Shown piece after piece: positions 39,063 through 45,830 of a DNA stretch of 56,571 nt. Numbering within the stretch: the first letter of the stretch is position 1; each line of letters opens with the position of its first letter. The stretch is from a virus (Duplodnaviria > Caudoviricetes). The notes beneath the pieces were generated by a model. The model was not told the DNA's origin and did not search any database. It worked only from the letters and a program-made list of their open reading frames with translations. Both the position numbers and the translations under genes were made by a program. The stretch is taken from positions 1-56,571 of the IMG/VR virus record IMGVR_UViG_3300042914_004203; one strand, 5' to 3'.

Positions 39063-39287
39063 ATGAACCAAAACGACATATCATATCTAGCCTCGATTAA
39101 CTGCACCGAAGCCTTTGCTGATGCGGAGGCGTTCTTCGACTACATCAACTCCCCTGATGTAATCAACGAAATGCTCAACAAGATGGCTCCCTGTTACGAT
39201 GAGAGGGATACCGAGGTCACCAACTTCTTCGGCGCGAAGGCTGTTCCTTTTCGCCTCACCTGTCAGAATGGAATGGAGGTCAAATAA
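39063..39287 (+). CDS. Hypothetical protein
   Basis: TTGACA-N16-TACATT-N6-ATG. Confidence 0.7.
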   Translation: MNQNDISYLASINCTEAFADAEAFFDYINSPDVINEMLNKMAPCYDERDTEVTNFFGAKAVPFRLTCQNGMEVK

Positions 39288-39288
39288 C

Positions 39289-39561
39289 ATGGACTACAAA
39301 GCCTCTCTCAAGGAGTGGATGAACCAGCATATGCTGACTCGGTTAGATGTGCGCGACATCCTTAACGAGATGACGCGTGATGACGAGCGCATCCTCGCAT
39401 CTTCTCAATCTAACCTCTCTGATGTAAATGAATCGATGGATGGTGACTTCGATTCTGCTATGGCCTCTGCTGGTCACGGAACCGATGAGGACTATGGTGG
39501 TGGATGCTACCAGATGGAAGACTTCGGTTGGGCTGGTGATCCAGAAATTTGTGGAGAATAA
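39289..39561 (+). CDS. Acidic hypothetical protein
   Basis: Start moved to ATG 39289 (GGAGG upstream); DGDFDSAMASAGHGTDEDYG motif. Confidence 0.65.
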   Translation: MDYKASLKEWMNQHMLTRLDVRDILNEMTRDDERILASSQSNLSDVNESMDGDFDSAMASAGHGTDEDYGGGCYQMEDFGWAGDPEICGE

Positions 39562-39562
39562 C

Positions 39563-39676
39563 ATGGAAAAATATATACTCGCAATCGCTGGGCTTGGGCT
39601 TTTCTTTGTTGCCCTCGCTCTATTAGAAACCCTTATCAACTTTGGCCTCTGGCTTTGGGAACATAAACGTAAGTAG
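39563..39676 (+). CDS. Small membrane protein
   Basis: MEKYILAIAGLGLFFVAL...; GGAG upstream; the stop codon overlaps element E5. Confidence 0.55.
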   Translation: MEKYILAIAGLGLFFVALALLETLINFGLWLWEHKRK

Positions 39677-39742
39677 TTAAGTATCAACGACTTACGGCGC
39701 GGGGGAGCGGCCTTGCGTAAGTCTTTAAGTATCAATAACTTA
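39670..39742. repeat. Double-palindrome element E5
   Basis: Dyads at 39670-39694 and 39718-39742, 23-bp spacer; near the point where plus- and minus-strand gene blocks converge. Confidence 0.85.
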
Positions 39743-39957
39743 CATTGAAGCTCGCCAACCTTCAAAAAATTCGTCTATCTCTCTTTCTTTTTGCAGAAAA
39801 GTTTTGTTTGAATCTAGAGGGGGATTATCGTTATCGCTCCACGGATAAAAAGTTTCAAGATTTTCGTTTAATAGTTTTTCGATGTTCATTTTGATATGAT
39901 AAAAGTTGTAATAATTCCTAGAATAATTAAAGCAATAAATGTTTCCATTGAGACATC

Positions 39958-40593
39958 TTAATGCTTTTTGTAGTTAATTGCAAACTCTGTTTTGTGCCAG
40001 CATGCACGACACGAACCGCACTTGTTCCCTTGTTTCGATGAAGGGCAATTAAATTCTCCCTTGTTGCTTGCACCGCTAACGCAGAGGCCAAGTCTCTCAG
40101 CCAATCCTACCGGTGCGGGGCCGTTCATCATAAGAGCAGATAAACGAATCGTAAGATTAAAAGGAACTTCACCGCCTTTTGCTATATACTCTGAAACGAA
40201 AGAGTATTCACGAGTAGGCAACCAAAAAGAAATATGCGGAAGGTTTTTAGCAATCTTAACAATCTTCTCAAGATGCCAAATGCCTTGCAAATCTCCCGAA
40301 TCGTGCCAACGGAAGTGAGGGTTGTTTGCTTTACCAATAAGGTAAGTCATCGCATCCACCCAAAGATCGTGAGTAAGAGAAGCGAAACGCTTTTCCATCG
40401 CCGCTTGAACATTAGGGAAAACATAACGCCCTTTAAGAGCATAGCAGAACGCGCAAATGCTTCCCGCAACTTGACGCATTTTTTGCCCGATGATGCAACG
40501 CTTTGCGGGCGTTGAATAAGCATACCCTGGCATCTTTGAAGGTTTAGATAGTGTGCCGACAATAGCTTCGGCTTGCTTTTTGTTTTTGAACAT
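39958..40593 (-). CDS. Gp88-like Cys-rich phage protein
   Basis: SKMPG, CAFCYA, FRWHDSGD, WLPTRE, IRLS and CxxCxxCW motifs; TTGTCA-N16-TAAAGT-N6-ATG. Confidence 0.75.
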   Translation of the reverse strand: MFKNKKQAEAIVGTLSKPSKMPGYAYSTPAKRCIIGQKMRQVAGSICAFCYALKGRYVFPNVQAAMEKRFASLTHDLWVDAMTYLIGKANNPHFRWHDSGDLQGIWHLEKIVKIAKNLPHISFWLPTREYSFVSEYIAKGGEVPFNLTIRLSALMMNGPAPVGLAERLGLCVSGASNKGEFNCPSSKQGNKCGSCRACWHKTEFAINYKKH

Positions 40594-40641
40594 AAAAATA
40601 CTTTATCAGTTTTTTTTCTTGTGACAAGTTTTTTCTGCAGT

Positions 40642-40716
40642 TAAATCTCGTTCAATATCAATGACTTACGCACGCAGGGACCCCGCTTCTGTAAGTGCTT
40701 GATAGTAAAAGACTTA
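40642..40716. repeat. Double-palindrome element E6
   Basis: Dyads at 40642-40668 and 40692-40716, 23-bp spacer; overlaps the tRNA-Glu 3' end. Confidence 0.85.
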
Positions 40717-40786
40717 GGGCTAAACGGATTCGAACCGATACACCCTCATTGAAAGCGAGGAGTCCTAACCATTAGACGATAGCCCC
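40715..40786 (-). tRNA. tRNA-Glu(TTC)
   Basis: Acceptor GGGGCTA/TAGCCCT, anticodon arm CCTCG-CTTTCAA-TGAGG, GGTTCGAATCC T-arm; CCA not encoded. Confidence 0.9.
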
Positions 40787-40876
40787 AAAATATAGTATTT
40801 AACTTATTATATTAGGTATTTTTGTATTTATCAATTACTATTTGCTATTTTGTGTAATCTACTTTAGAATTTAGAT

Positions 40877-41059
40877 ATGAACTCAAAAGTCAGCGGTATA
40901 CTAGAAAACTCTGCATTATATAAACAATTCCTCAAAGAACGAGAAGAGATATTAAAACACAAGTGGATTGAAAGCGAGAAAGCTGGCCACGACGTAGGAT
41001 TTGAATGGGCTTTGCTTGATTGGAATTTTAATTATAGAAATGGTTGGAAAAATAAATAA
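40877..41059 (+). CDS. DUF4032-like small protein
   Basis: EREEILKHKWIESEKAGHDVGFEWALLDW; plus-strand GTGTAA at 40852-40857. Confidence 0.7.
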   Translation: MNSKVSGILENSALYKQFLKEREEILKHKWIESEKAGHDVGFEWALLDWNFNYRNGWKNK

Positions 41060-41186
41060 TTCTTCCGCTCTCTCTGCTCTAGAATCAGAGAAAATATATA
41101 CCCACCTTTAATTGCCTCAGACTCTGGGCATTGGGGCTTCAATGGCTTTATGGAGGAAGTCATACTCACTCATTGCGGAAAGAACT
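41058..41186 (-). ncRNA. Candidate ~130-nt structured small RNA
   Basis: TTGCAC-N16-TAAGAT promoter with no ATG at +1; ends pair (AGUUCUUUCCGC/GCGGAAGAAUU) and enclose three hairpins. Confidence 0.5.
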
Positions 41187-41274
41187 TTAGTTATCTTAAC
41201 ATAGTTTAATTTTAGTGCAATAAAAAAGGCAAGATTTTTTAGGTCTCGCCCTTTCTATAAATATCTCTCTGTTG

Positions 41275-41535
41275 TTAAACTGGCGAGAGACCTCCAGCAA
41301 TTCTGTCATAACGGAACTGACGATGTCCAAATCCGTCACGACCAGAGAAGCACCAAGAAATGAAAAGTTTGTTTCCAGTCTTAGATACATAACGAGTGGT
41401 AGGAACGCCAACGATGTAAGTATAAACCTCGGTTCCATTGTAAGGCTTATAGTTGATGATATACCGCTGTCCTAAAATAAAATAGAACAGACCCTTAATC
41501 ATCTCCCAATAGGTGATGTTGTTTTGTTTCTTCAT
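41275..41535 (-). CDS. Hypothetical protein
   Basis: TTGCAG-N16-TATGAT-N6-ATG; ends with RQFRYDRI, resembling the WYL-domain RxFRxDRI motif. Confidence 0.65.
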   Translation of the reverse strand: MKKQNNITYWEMIKGLFYFILGQRYIINYKPYNGTEVYTYIVGVPTTRYVSKTGNKLFISWCFSGRDGFGHRQFRYDRIAGGLSPV

Positions 41536-41573
41536 TTAATAATCATACCATAATTTGTTTTCTCTGCAAGAAA

Positions 41574-41648
41574 TAAATCTCGTTGTCCATCAACGACTTA
41601 CGCGGCGAGAGTCCCCGCCGATGTAACTACTTAATAATCAACAACTTA
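41574..41648. repeat. Double-palindrome element E7
   Basis: Dyads at 41574-41600 and 41624-41648, 23-bp spacer. Confidence 0.85.
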
Positions 41649-41659
41649 CAAAAGTTAAG

Positions 41660-41821
41660 TTATTCTTCTGATTCTTTCCAATTTGGATGCGCTTTAGCCC
41701 ACTTAACGAAAACAACTTCCAACTCTGCTAAATATTTCTCTATTTGAGCAATGAGTTTAGGATCTTCATCTTTAAGAACTCTTTTCTCTAGGATCTTGCT
41801 GATTCTATTCTCATGCTTCAT
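41660..41821 (-). CDS. Small hypothetical protein (53 aa, not in the ORF track)
   Basis: MKHENRISKILEKRVLKDEDP...; ends 11 nt before E7. Confidence 0.5.
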   Translation of the reverse strand: MKHENRISKILEKRVLKDEDPKLIAQIEKYLAELEVVFVKWAKAHPNWKESEE

Positions 41822-42048
41822 ATATATTATTTTACAGTGCTATGAGAAATATTTCAATTATTATTTTCGATATGAATGATTTTTGGGAAAAATTATTTTA
41901 GATGTGTAATTATAATTTTCGAAACCTCTATCCAAAGTCCCCACGATATACTTCCACAAATCATAAAAAGAAAAATCCACCAAAAATTTCTTTCAAACCA
42001 TCTCACATAAAAGTCTTACAGGTAAAAAAATCTTTTGGGAAAAATTCT

Positions 42049-42122
42049 CGCTTTCAGCAGGGATTGAACCTGCAACCTACGGATTAGAAATCCGTTGCTC
42101 TATCCAATTGAGCTATGAAAGC
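42049..42122 (-). tRNA. tRNA-Arg(TCT)
   Basis: Acceptor GCTTTCA/TGAAAGC, anticodon arm ACGGA-TTTCTAA-TCCGT. Confidence 0.9.
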
Positions 42123-42124
42123 GA

Positions 42125-42200
42125 TGGTCGCCTAGGTCAGACTCGAACTGACACTATAACGATTTTAAGTCGTTTGCCTCTGCCATTGGGCTACTAGGCG
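42125..42200 (-). tRNA. tRNA-Leu(TAA) with a short variable loop
   Basis: Acceptor CGCCTAG/CTAGGCG plus ACCA, anticodon arm AACGA-CTTAAAA-TCGTT, 5-nt variable region. Confidence 0.85.
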
Positions 42201-42207
42201 AATCTTT

Positions 42208-42594
42208 TTAGCTGTCAGTATCTAACTTTTCAGCCGAAACTTGTCCGAGAGCATAGGTAGGCTCAACCTGTGCTGTGCGAACAAAGAACTCGCTAGGAAT
42301 CTTGTTGATCGTATTCTTCACACGATTCAACACAACTTCTTTTAGTCCGCCCTTGGAACCACGAAACTTTTTACCAAGTTTATCTGTGATACCATTCATA
42401 ACATACTTAAACATTACTCGCTCTAGCTTATCCATAGTAATCCAAAAATAAGCAAAATCCTCGCTCATCCATTTAAGCTCACCATTTGTTCCGCCCCAAT
42501 TATAGATGCGGTTATGAAACTGCTCTATGTCTGTGGGTTTTCCTTTAATACCAATTACCCAATGTGCTCCAAGATTTTGTTTAACGAGTTGCAT
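42208..42594 (-). CDS. Hypothetical protein, family A copy 3
   Basis: IEQFHNRIYNWGGTNGEL, KGGL and LGQVSAEK match 36059. Confidence 0.75.
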   Translation of the reverse strand: MQLVKQNLGAHWVIGIKGKPTDIEQFHNRIYNWGGTNGELKWMSEDFAYFWITMDKLERVMFKYVMNGITDKLGKKFRGSKGGLKEVVLNRVKNTINKIPSEFFVRTAQVEPTYALGQVSAEKLDTDS

Positions 42595-42748
42595 CTTTTT
42601 TCTCCTTTTGTTTTTCTGCTCTTGCTTTGAAGTATGCCTTAATATCTTCTTCTGTCAATTCTGTATGTTTTGCATAGCCATTAAGCATCCAATGATAAGT
42701 GGGTGCAACAAGGTGGCTATCCTTAATAATGTCATAAGTTTGTTTCAT
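42581..42748 (-). CDS. Small hypothetical protein (55 aa, not in the ORF track)
   Basis: TTGACA-N16-TAAACT-N7-ATG; MKQTYDIIKDSHL... Confidence 0.65.
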   Translation of the reverse strand: MKQTYDIIKDSHLVAPTYHWMLNGYAKHTELTEEDIKAYFKARAEKQKEKKDATR

Positions 42749-42803
42749 TGTTTTTAGTTTAACAGGGTTTACTTTTTTGTCAAGGATTTTTGTAAAGTTT
42801 TTT

Positions 42804-42875
42804 TGGATCGTGTAGGACTCGAACCTACAACCAATTGGTTAAAAGCCAACTGCTCTACCATTGAGCTAACGATCC
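42804..42875 (-). tRNA. tRNA-Lys(TTT)
   Basis: Acceptor GGATCGT/ACGATCC, anticodon arm GTTGG-CTTTTAA-CCAAT. Confidence 0.9.
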
Positions 42876-42883
42876 GAAAATCT

Positions 42884-42956
42884 TGGGCGCACAAGGACTT
42901 GAACCTTGGACCAAGGGATTATGAGTCCCCTGCTCTGACCACTGAGCTATACGCCC
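42884..42956 (-). tRNA. tRNA with CAT anticodon, probably Ile2 (lysidine type); elongator Met not excluded
   Basis: Acceptor GGGCGTA/TGCGCCC, anticodon arm GGGGA-CTCATAA-TCCCT; body resembles bacterial tRNA-Ile2. Confidence 0.85.
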
Positions 42957-42962
42957 AATAAA

Positions 42963-43190
42963 TTAAGCGGCTGAAATCTCCGTTGGAAATTCGCTAGGCT
43001 CTGGAACGAGCTTGAACGCCACATTAAAAGCCTTGCTAATCCTATAAAGATCCTGCAAGCTGTATGTGTTCTGTTTGGTTGCTTCACGGATTCGAGCGTC
43101 CATAATGTAAGCCCTGCGCTCACCAAAGATCACTCTGGTATAGTAAGGAGTCCACTTAGGAGCTTCCCAGTTTGAGGTTTTGTTTGTCAT
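42963..43190 (-). CDS. Hypothetical protein
   Basis: Start moved to ATG 43190 to fit TTGACT-N16-TATATT-N6-ATG. Confidence 0.65.
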   Translation of the reverse strand: MTNKTSNWEAPKWTPYYTRVIFGERRAYIMDARIREATKQNTYSLQDLYRISKAFNVAFKLVPEPSEFPTEISAA

Positions 43191-43230
43191 AGGTTTAATA
43201 TACAATAGTTTGATAAATAGTCAACAAAAA

Positions 43231-43255
43231 TAATCTGTTGAACATCAAAGACTTA
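43231..43255. repeat. Palindromic element E8 (single dyad)
   Basis: TAATCTGTTGA-ACA-TCAAAGACTTA, directly abutting the CCA of the tRNA at 43256. Confidence 0.75.
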
Positions 43256-43349
43256 TGGTACGAGGGGAAGGATTCGAACCTTCATTTTGCTCAAATCTAG
43301 AGCGACCAGAGTATAAGTCTGGGGTCTTAACCAGTTAGACGACCCTCGC
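43256..43349 (-). tRNA. tRNA with TAT anticodon (nominally Ile) and a long variable arm
   Basis: Acceptor GCGAGGG/CCCTCGT plus ACCA, anticodon arm CCAGA-CTTATAC-TCTGG, ~22-nt variable region with a GCTC/GAGC stem, T-arm GAAGG-TTCGAAT-CCTTC. Confidence 0.85.
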
Positions 43350-43385
43350 ATCACCTAGCCCGTAGCTAGTATCGGCCTCCGAACT

Positions 43386-43556
43386 TTAAGCTCTCTTTTC
43401 AGAGCCAATCTTTTTAATCACGACCTTCGTGCCATCAGGCCACGCACGGATGACCTTCTTCCAAAAGTCAGCTTCTGCTTCAGCTTCTTTTAGGTCTGTG
43501 TGCATATCCTCGCTAACACGAATGCCATCACGCAAAACGATATATCTTACATTCAT
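43386..43556 (-). CDS. Small hypothetical protein (56 aa, not in the ORF track)
   Basis: MNVRYIVLRDGIRVSED...; ATGA overlap with the upstream gene and a GGAGG SD. Confidence 0.6.
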   Translation of the reverse strand: MNVRYIVLRDGIRVSEDMHTDLKEAEAEADFWKKVIRAWPDGTKVVIKKIGSEKRA

Positions 43557-43783
43557 TCTTCTACCTCCACGGCGATTTCATTGTCAAATAGTGAGCCACC
43601 ATCAACCTTGTCGCAGATCACGATGTCATTACTGCCATCATCACCAGCATACACGGCACGAAGTTTCTTTACTTGACTATATTCTTTTTTAGTCCATTGA
43701 CTCTCTGGAACGCCGAGGACTTGCAGAGCCTCAACTCTCTCTGGAGGGATCGCCTCACCACTTACTGCACACTTATGGGTCAT
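43553..43783 (-). CDS. Hypothetical protein with a weak TraR/DksA-like segment
   Basis: Start moved to ATG 43783 (TTGACA-N16-TACAAT-N7-ATG); CAVSGEAIPPERVEAL resembles the DksA/TraR C-terminus but lacks the four cysteines. Confidence 0.6.
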   Translation of the reverse strand: MTHKCAVSGEAIPPERVEALQVLGVPESQWTKKEYSQVKKLRAVYAGDDGSNDIVICDKVDGGSLFDNEIAVEVEE

Positions 43784-43814
43784 AGTTGTGATTGTAATAT
43801 GTTTTGTTATTCTG

Positions 43815-44174
43815 TCAAGCGATTTTACGAGGACGACCACGCCCACGCTTCTCACCACTAGGCAGAATTGATGTTGCATTATAGTTTGTTAGTTTCTCCT
43901 GCAATTCATTGAAACGCTTGTTTGCATCTTCAATGCTAGTGCAAGTGAAAGCCCAATCACCCCATTGACTATCGCTAGGATACATTTCAGCGGGAGGCAT
44001 CTTGACTCCTGCAATCTCGTATCCGTTGTGACGCTTAATAGCTACGACTTCATAATGATGATTGTCGCTTTCGGGGTCATCGAGTTGCTTTTTGTAGATG
44101 GCAATATCGCCATCACGCTTTACCTGCTGAAGTTTGAATCCTTTTGAAGTAAAAGATTCTTCAAGAATTTTCAA
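43815..44174 (-). CDS. Hypothetical protein with a C-terminal AT-hook
   Basis: Ends KRGRGRPRKIA; probable TTG start at 44174 overlapping the upstream gene. Confidence 0.6.
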   Translation of the reverse strand: MKILEESFTSKGFKLQQVKRDGDIAIYKKQLDDPESDNHHYEVVAIKRHNGYEIAGVKMPPAEMYPSDSQWGDWAFTCTSIEDANKRFNELQEKLTNYNATSILPSGEKRGRGRPRKIA

Positions 44175-44316
44175 TTTTAGTTCCCGCTGGAAGCCAGTTT
44201 TTGGGGTCAAGGTTTTCCCCAATATAACCAACTTGGGTTTCGGTTTTAGTTTTCGGGTCAGTAGCGTAAATAGCCCAGCCACCTTCAGCGAGCTTCTTTA
44301 CTTTAGTGATGTTCAT
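44161..44316 (-). CDS. Small hypothetical protein (51 aa, not in the ORF track)
   Basis: TTGAAT...TATAAT-N6-ATG; MNITKVKKLAEGGWAIY... Confidence 0.6.
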   Translation of the reverse strand: MNITKVKKLAEGGWAIYATDPKTKTETQVGYIGENLDPKNWLPAGTKIENS

Positions 44317-44341
44317 ATGATAATTATAATATACTTTTAGA

Positions 44342-44680
44342 TTAATTCAAGACAAAAATTTCACGACCAATAACACCAGCCCATTTAGCCTTATATACAG
44401 GACGCTTGGTATCAGCATAAACAAAACTCTTATACTTATAGGGATTATATGTTACTTGCCGTTCTCCGTGAATAGGCCAACCTTCGTCTGGTGTGCCACA
44501 CACAAAGGCGTGGACATTCTTACGCTTTTCTTTTAAGACTCGGTTTCTGCCAGCTTGACTCACCCTAAAATCAACATCTTTAAGAAAGAACTCTGAACTA
44601 TGTTGTAGGACTTTGCCTTTAAGCATAATACTTAAACAATGTTTATGTAGGTTATAGTAGACTTTATGTTTTGCTTTCAC
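44342..44680 (-). CDS. Conserved hypothetical phage protein
   Basis: VYYNLHK, RVLKEKRKNVHAFV and VTYNPYK motifs; TTGACA-N16-TATAGT-N7-GTG. Confidence 0.75.
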   Translation of the reverse strand: MKAKHKVYYNLHKHCLSIMLKGKVLQHSSEFFLKDVDFRVSQAGRNRVLKEKRKNVHAFVCGTPDEGWPIHGERQVTYNPYKYKSFVYADTKRPVYKAKWAGVIGREIFVLN

Positions 44681-44721
44681 TAGCTTAACTATAAGATAAA
44701 TTCTATAAATGTCAAGGTTTA

Positions 44722-44794
44722 TAAGTGCTTGATAGTCAACGACTTACAGCAGCGGGGTCCCGCGCGGCGTAAGTGCTTGATGCTCAACAACTTG
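44722..44794. repeat. Double-palindrome element E9
   Basis: Dyads at 44722-44746 and 44770-44794, 23-bp spacer. Confidence 0.85.
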
Positions 44795-44813
44795 CAACTT
44801 ATCGAATTTCGAC

Positions 44814-44845
44814 AAAAAAGAAGCGGGGGATTTACCCCCGCCTCT
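44814..44845 (-). terminator. Intrinsic terminator after the DUF932 gene
   Basis: GCGGGGG/CCCCCGC stem followed by a U-tract on the minus strand. Confidence 0.8.
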
Positions 44846-44864
44846 GTTAAGGTTTCGCTTTAGT

Positions 44865-45722
44865 TTAGGCGACCAGTTTCAAGAGGTCTTCGTCACGAGT
44901 CTTGCCGCTGAAGACTTTGAGCAGGTCACGGTTGACGCGCTCGCTGTACTCATAACGCTCTTGCGAGACATTGCGAGTCAGGAACTGAGTTGCCGCATTA
45001 TAAAGGTTATACAGATTGCGATCTGTATCCTCCTCATAAGCGGGATTGCGCCAAACAGCCTCGATGCCCTCGCGCACCTTGCCGGAGATAATGTCTTTCT
45101 CTTCCAGCTTGGTGAGCAGGTTCAAGCCCTGTTCGTTAGTGAGAGCTCTCTGCGCTAGTTTGTTGAAAACTTGCGCCGAGGATTCCACGCTGTCGCAAGC
45201 ATGAGCCAATGCATCACCAACGAAGTCGAGATTGACAGCAAGCGTGTGACGCTTGGTCATGCTGAACTCCTTGGTAAGCGAGGTCATACCGTTCTCACAG
45301 ACGAGACGAAGGAAGCCTAGGGATAACGAAACACGAGTTGAGCGGTCATAACTATTGTTAACGACCAGCCGCAATCCGAGAATGTCACCCTTGGCTCGCT
45401 TGCCCACGGGCTTCAATTCCGTTTTGAAATCGGTGAAGTCGTAGGAAGCGTAGAAACGAGCACCGTCACGCACGACGAACTTCTTCGAGGTAAAATTCGA
45501 GAGTTTGTCATGATTGGCGAGGTTGGTTTCCACCATCTCGATGAGGTCTGCATTTTTCACCACACCATACTGCTCGGTGCAAACTCCGAGTGTAATGGGT
45601 TCGGCGGTGTCACGGCGCACCATGCCGAAGTATCCTGTCCTCTTGCCGTCAGTTGTGAGGAGTGGCTCTTGGTGTACATCAAAATCGTATACACTTTGAG
45701 CGGGTTTGGTTTGTCTTGCCAT
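44865..45722 (-). CDS. DUF932-family protein
   Basis: LGV...YGVVKN, NSYDRS, RLVCENG, RHT and LYNLYNAAT motifs; TTGTCA-N16-TATGAT-N6-ATG. Confidence 0.8.
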   Translation of the reverse strand: MARQTKPAQSVYDFDVHQEPLLTTDGKRTGYFGMVRRDTAEPITLGVCTEQYGVVKNADLIEMVETNLANHDKLSNFTSKKFVVRDGARFYASYDFTDFKTELKPVGKRAKGDILGLRLVVNNSYDRSTRVSLSLGFLRLVCENGMTSLTKEFSMTKRHTLAVNLDFVGDALAHACDSVESSAQVFNKLAQRALTNEQGLNLLTKLEEKDIISGKVREGIEAVWRNPAYEEDTDRNLYNLYNAATQFLTRNVSQERYEYSERVNRDLLKVFSGKTRDEDLLKLVA

Positions 45723-45830
45723 AAGATAATCATACCATACTTTTAACTTGTGACAAGAACTTTTTTCATATCATAAGATACTGACCTCTAGGGTGTTAGG
45801 TATCCTGTCAAAAATAAATGCTATCATACA

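Noticed and set aside
43553-43783. Confident TraR/DksA call
   Set aside because: Only the IPxERxEAL segment matches; the four-cysteine finger and the acidic coiled-coil tip are missing.
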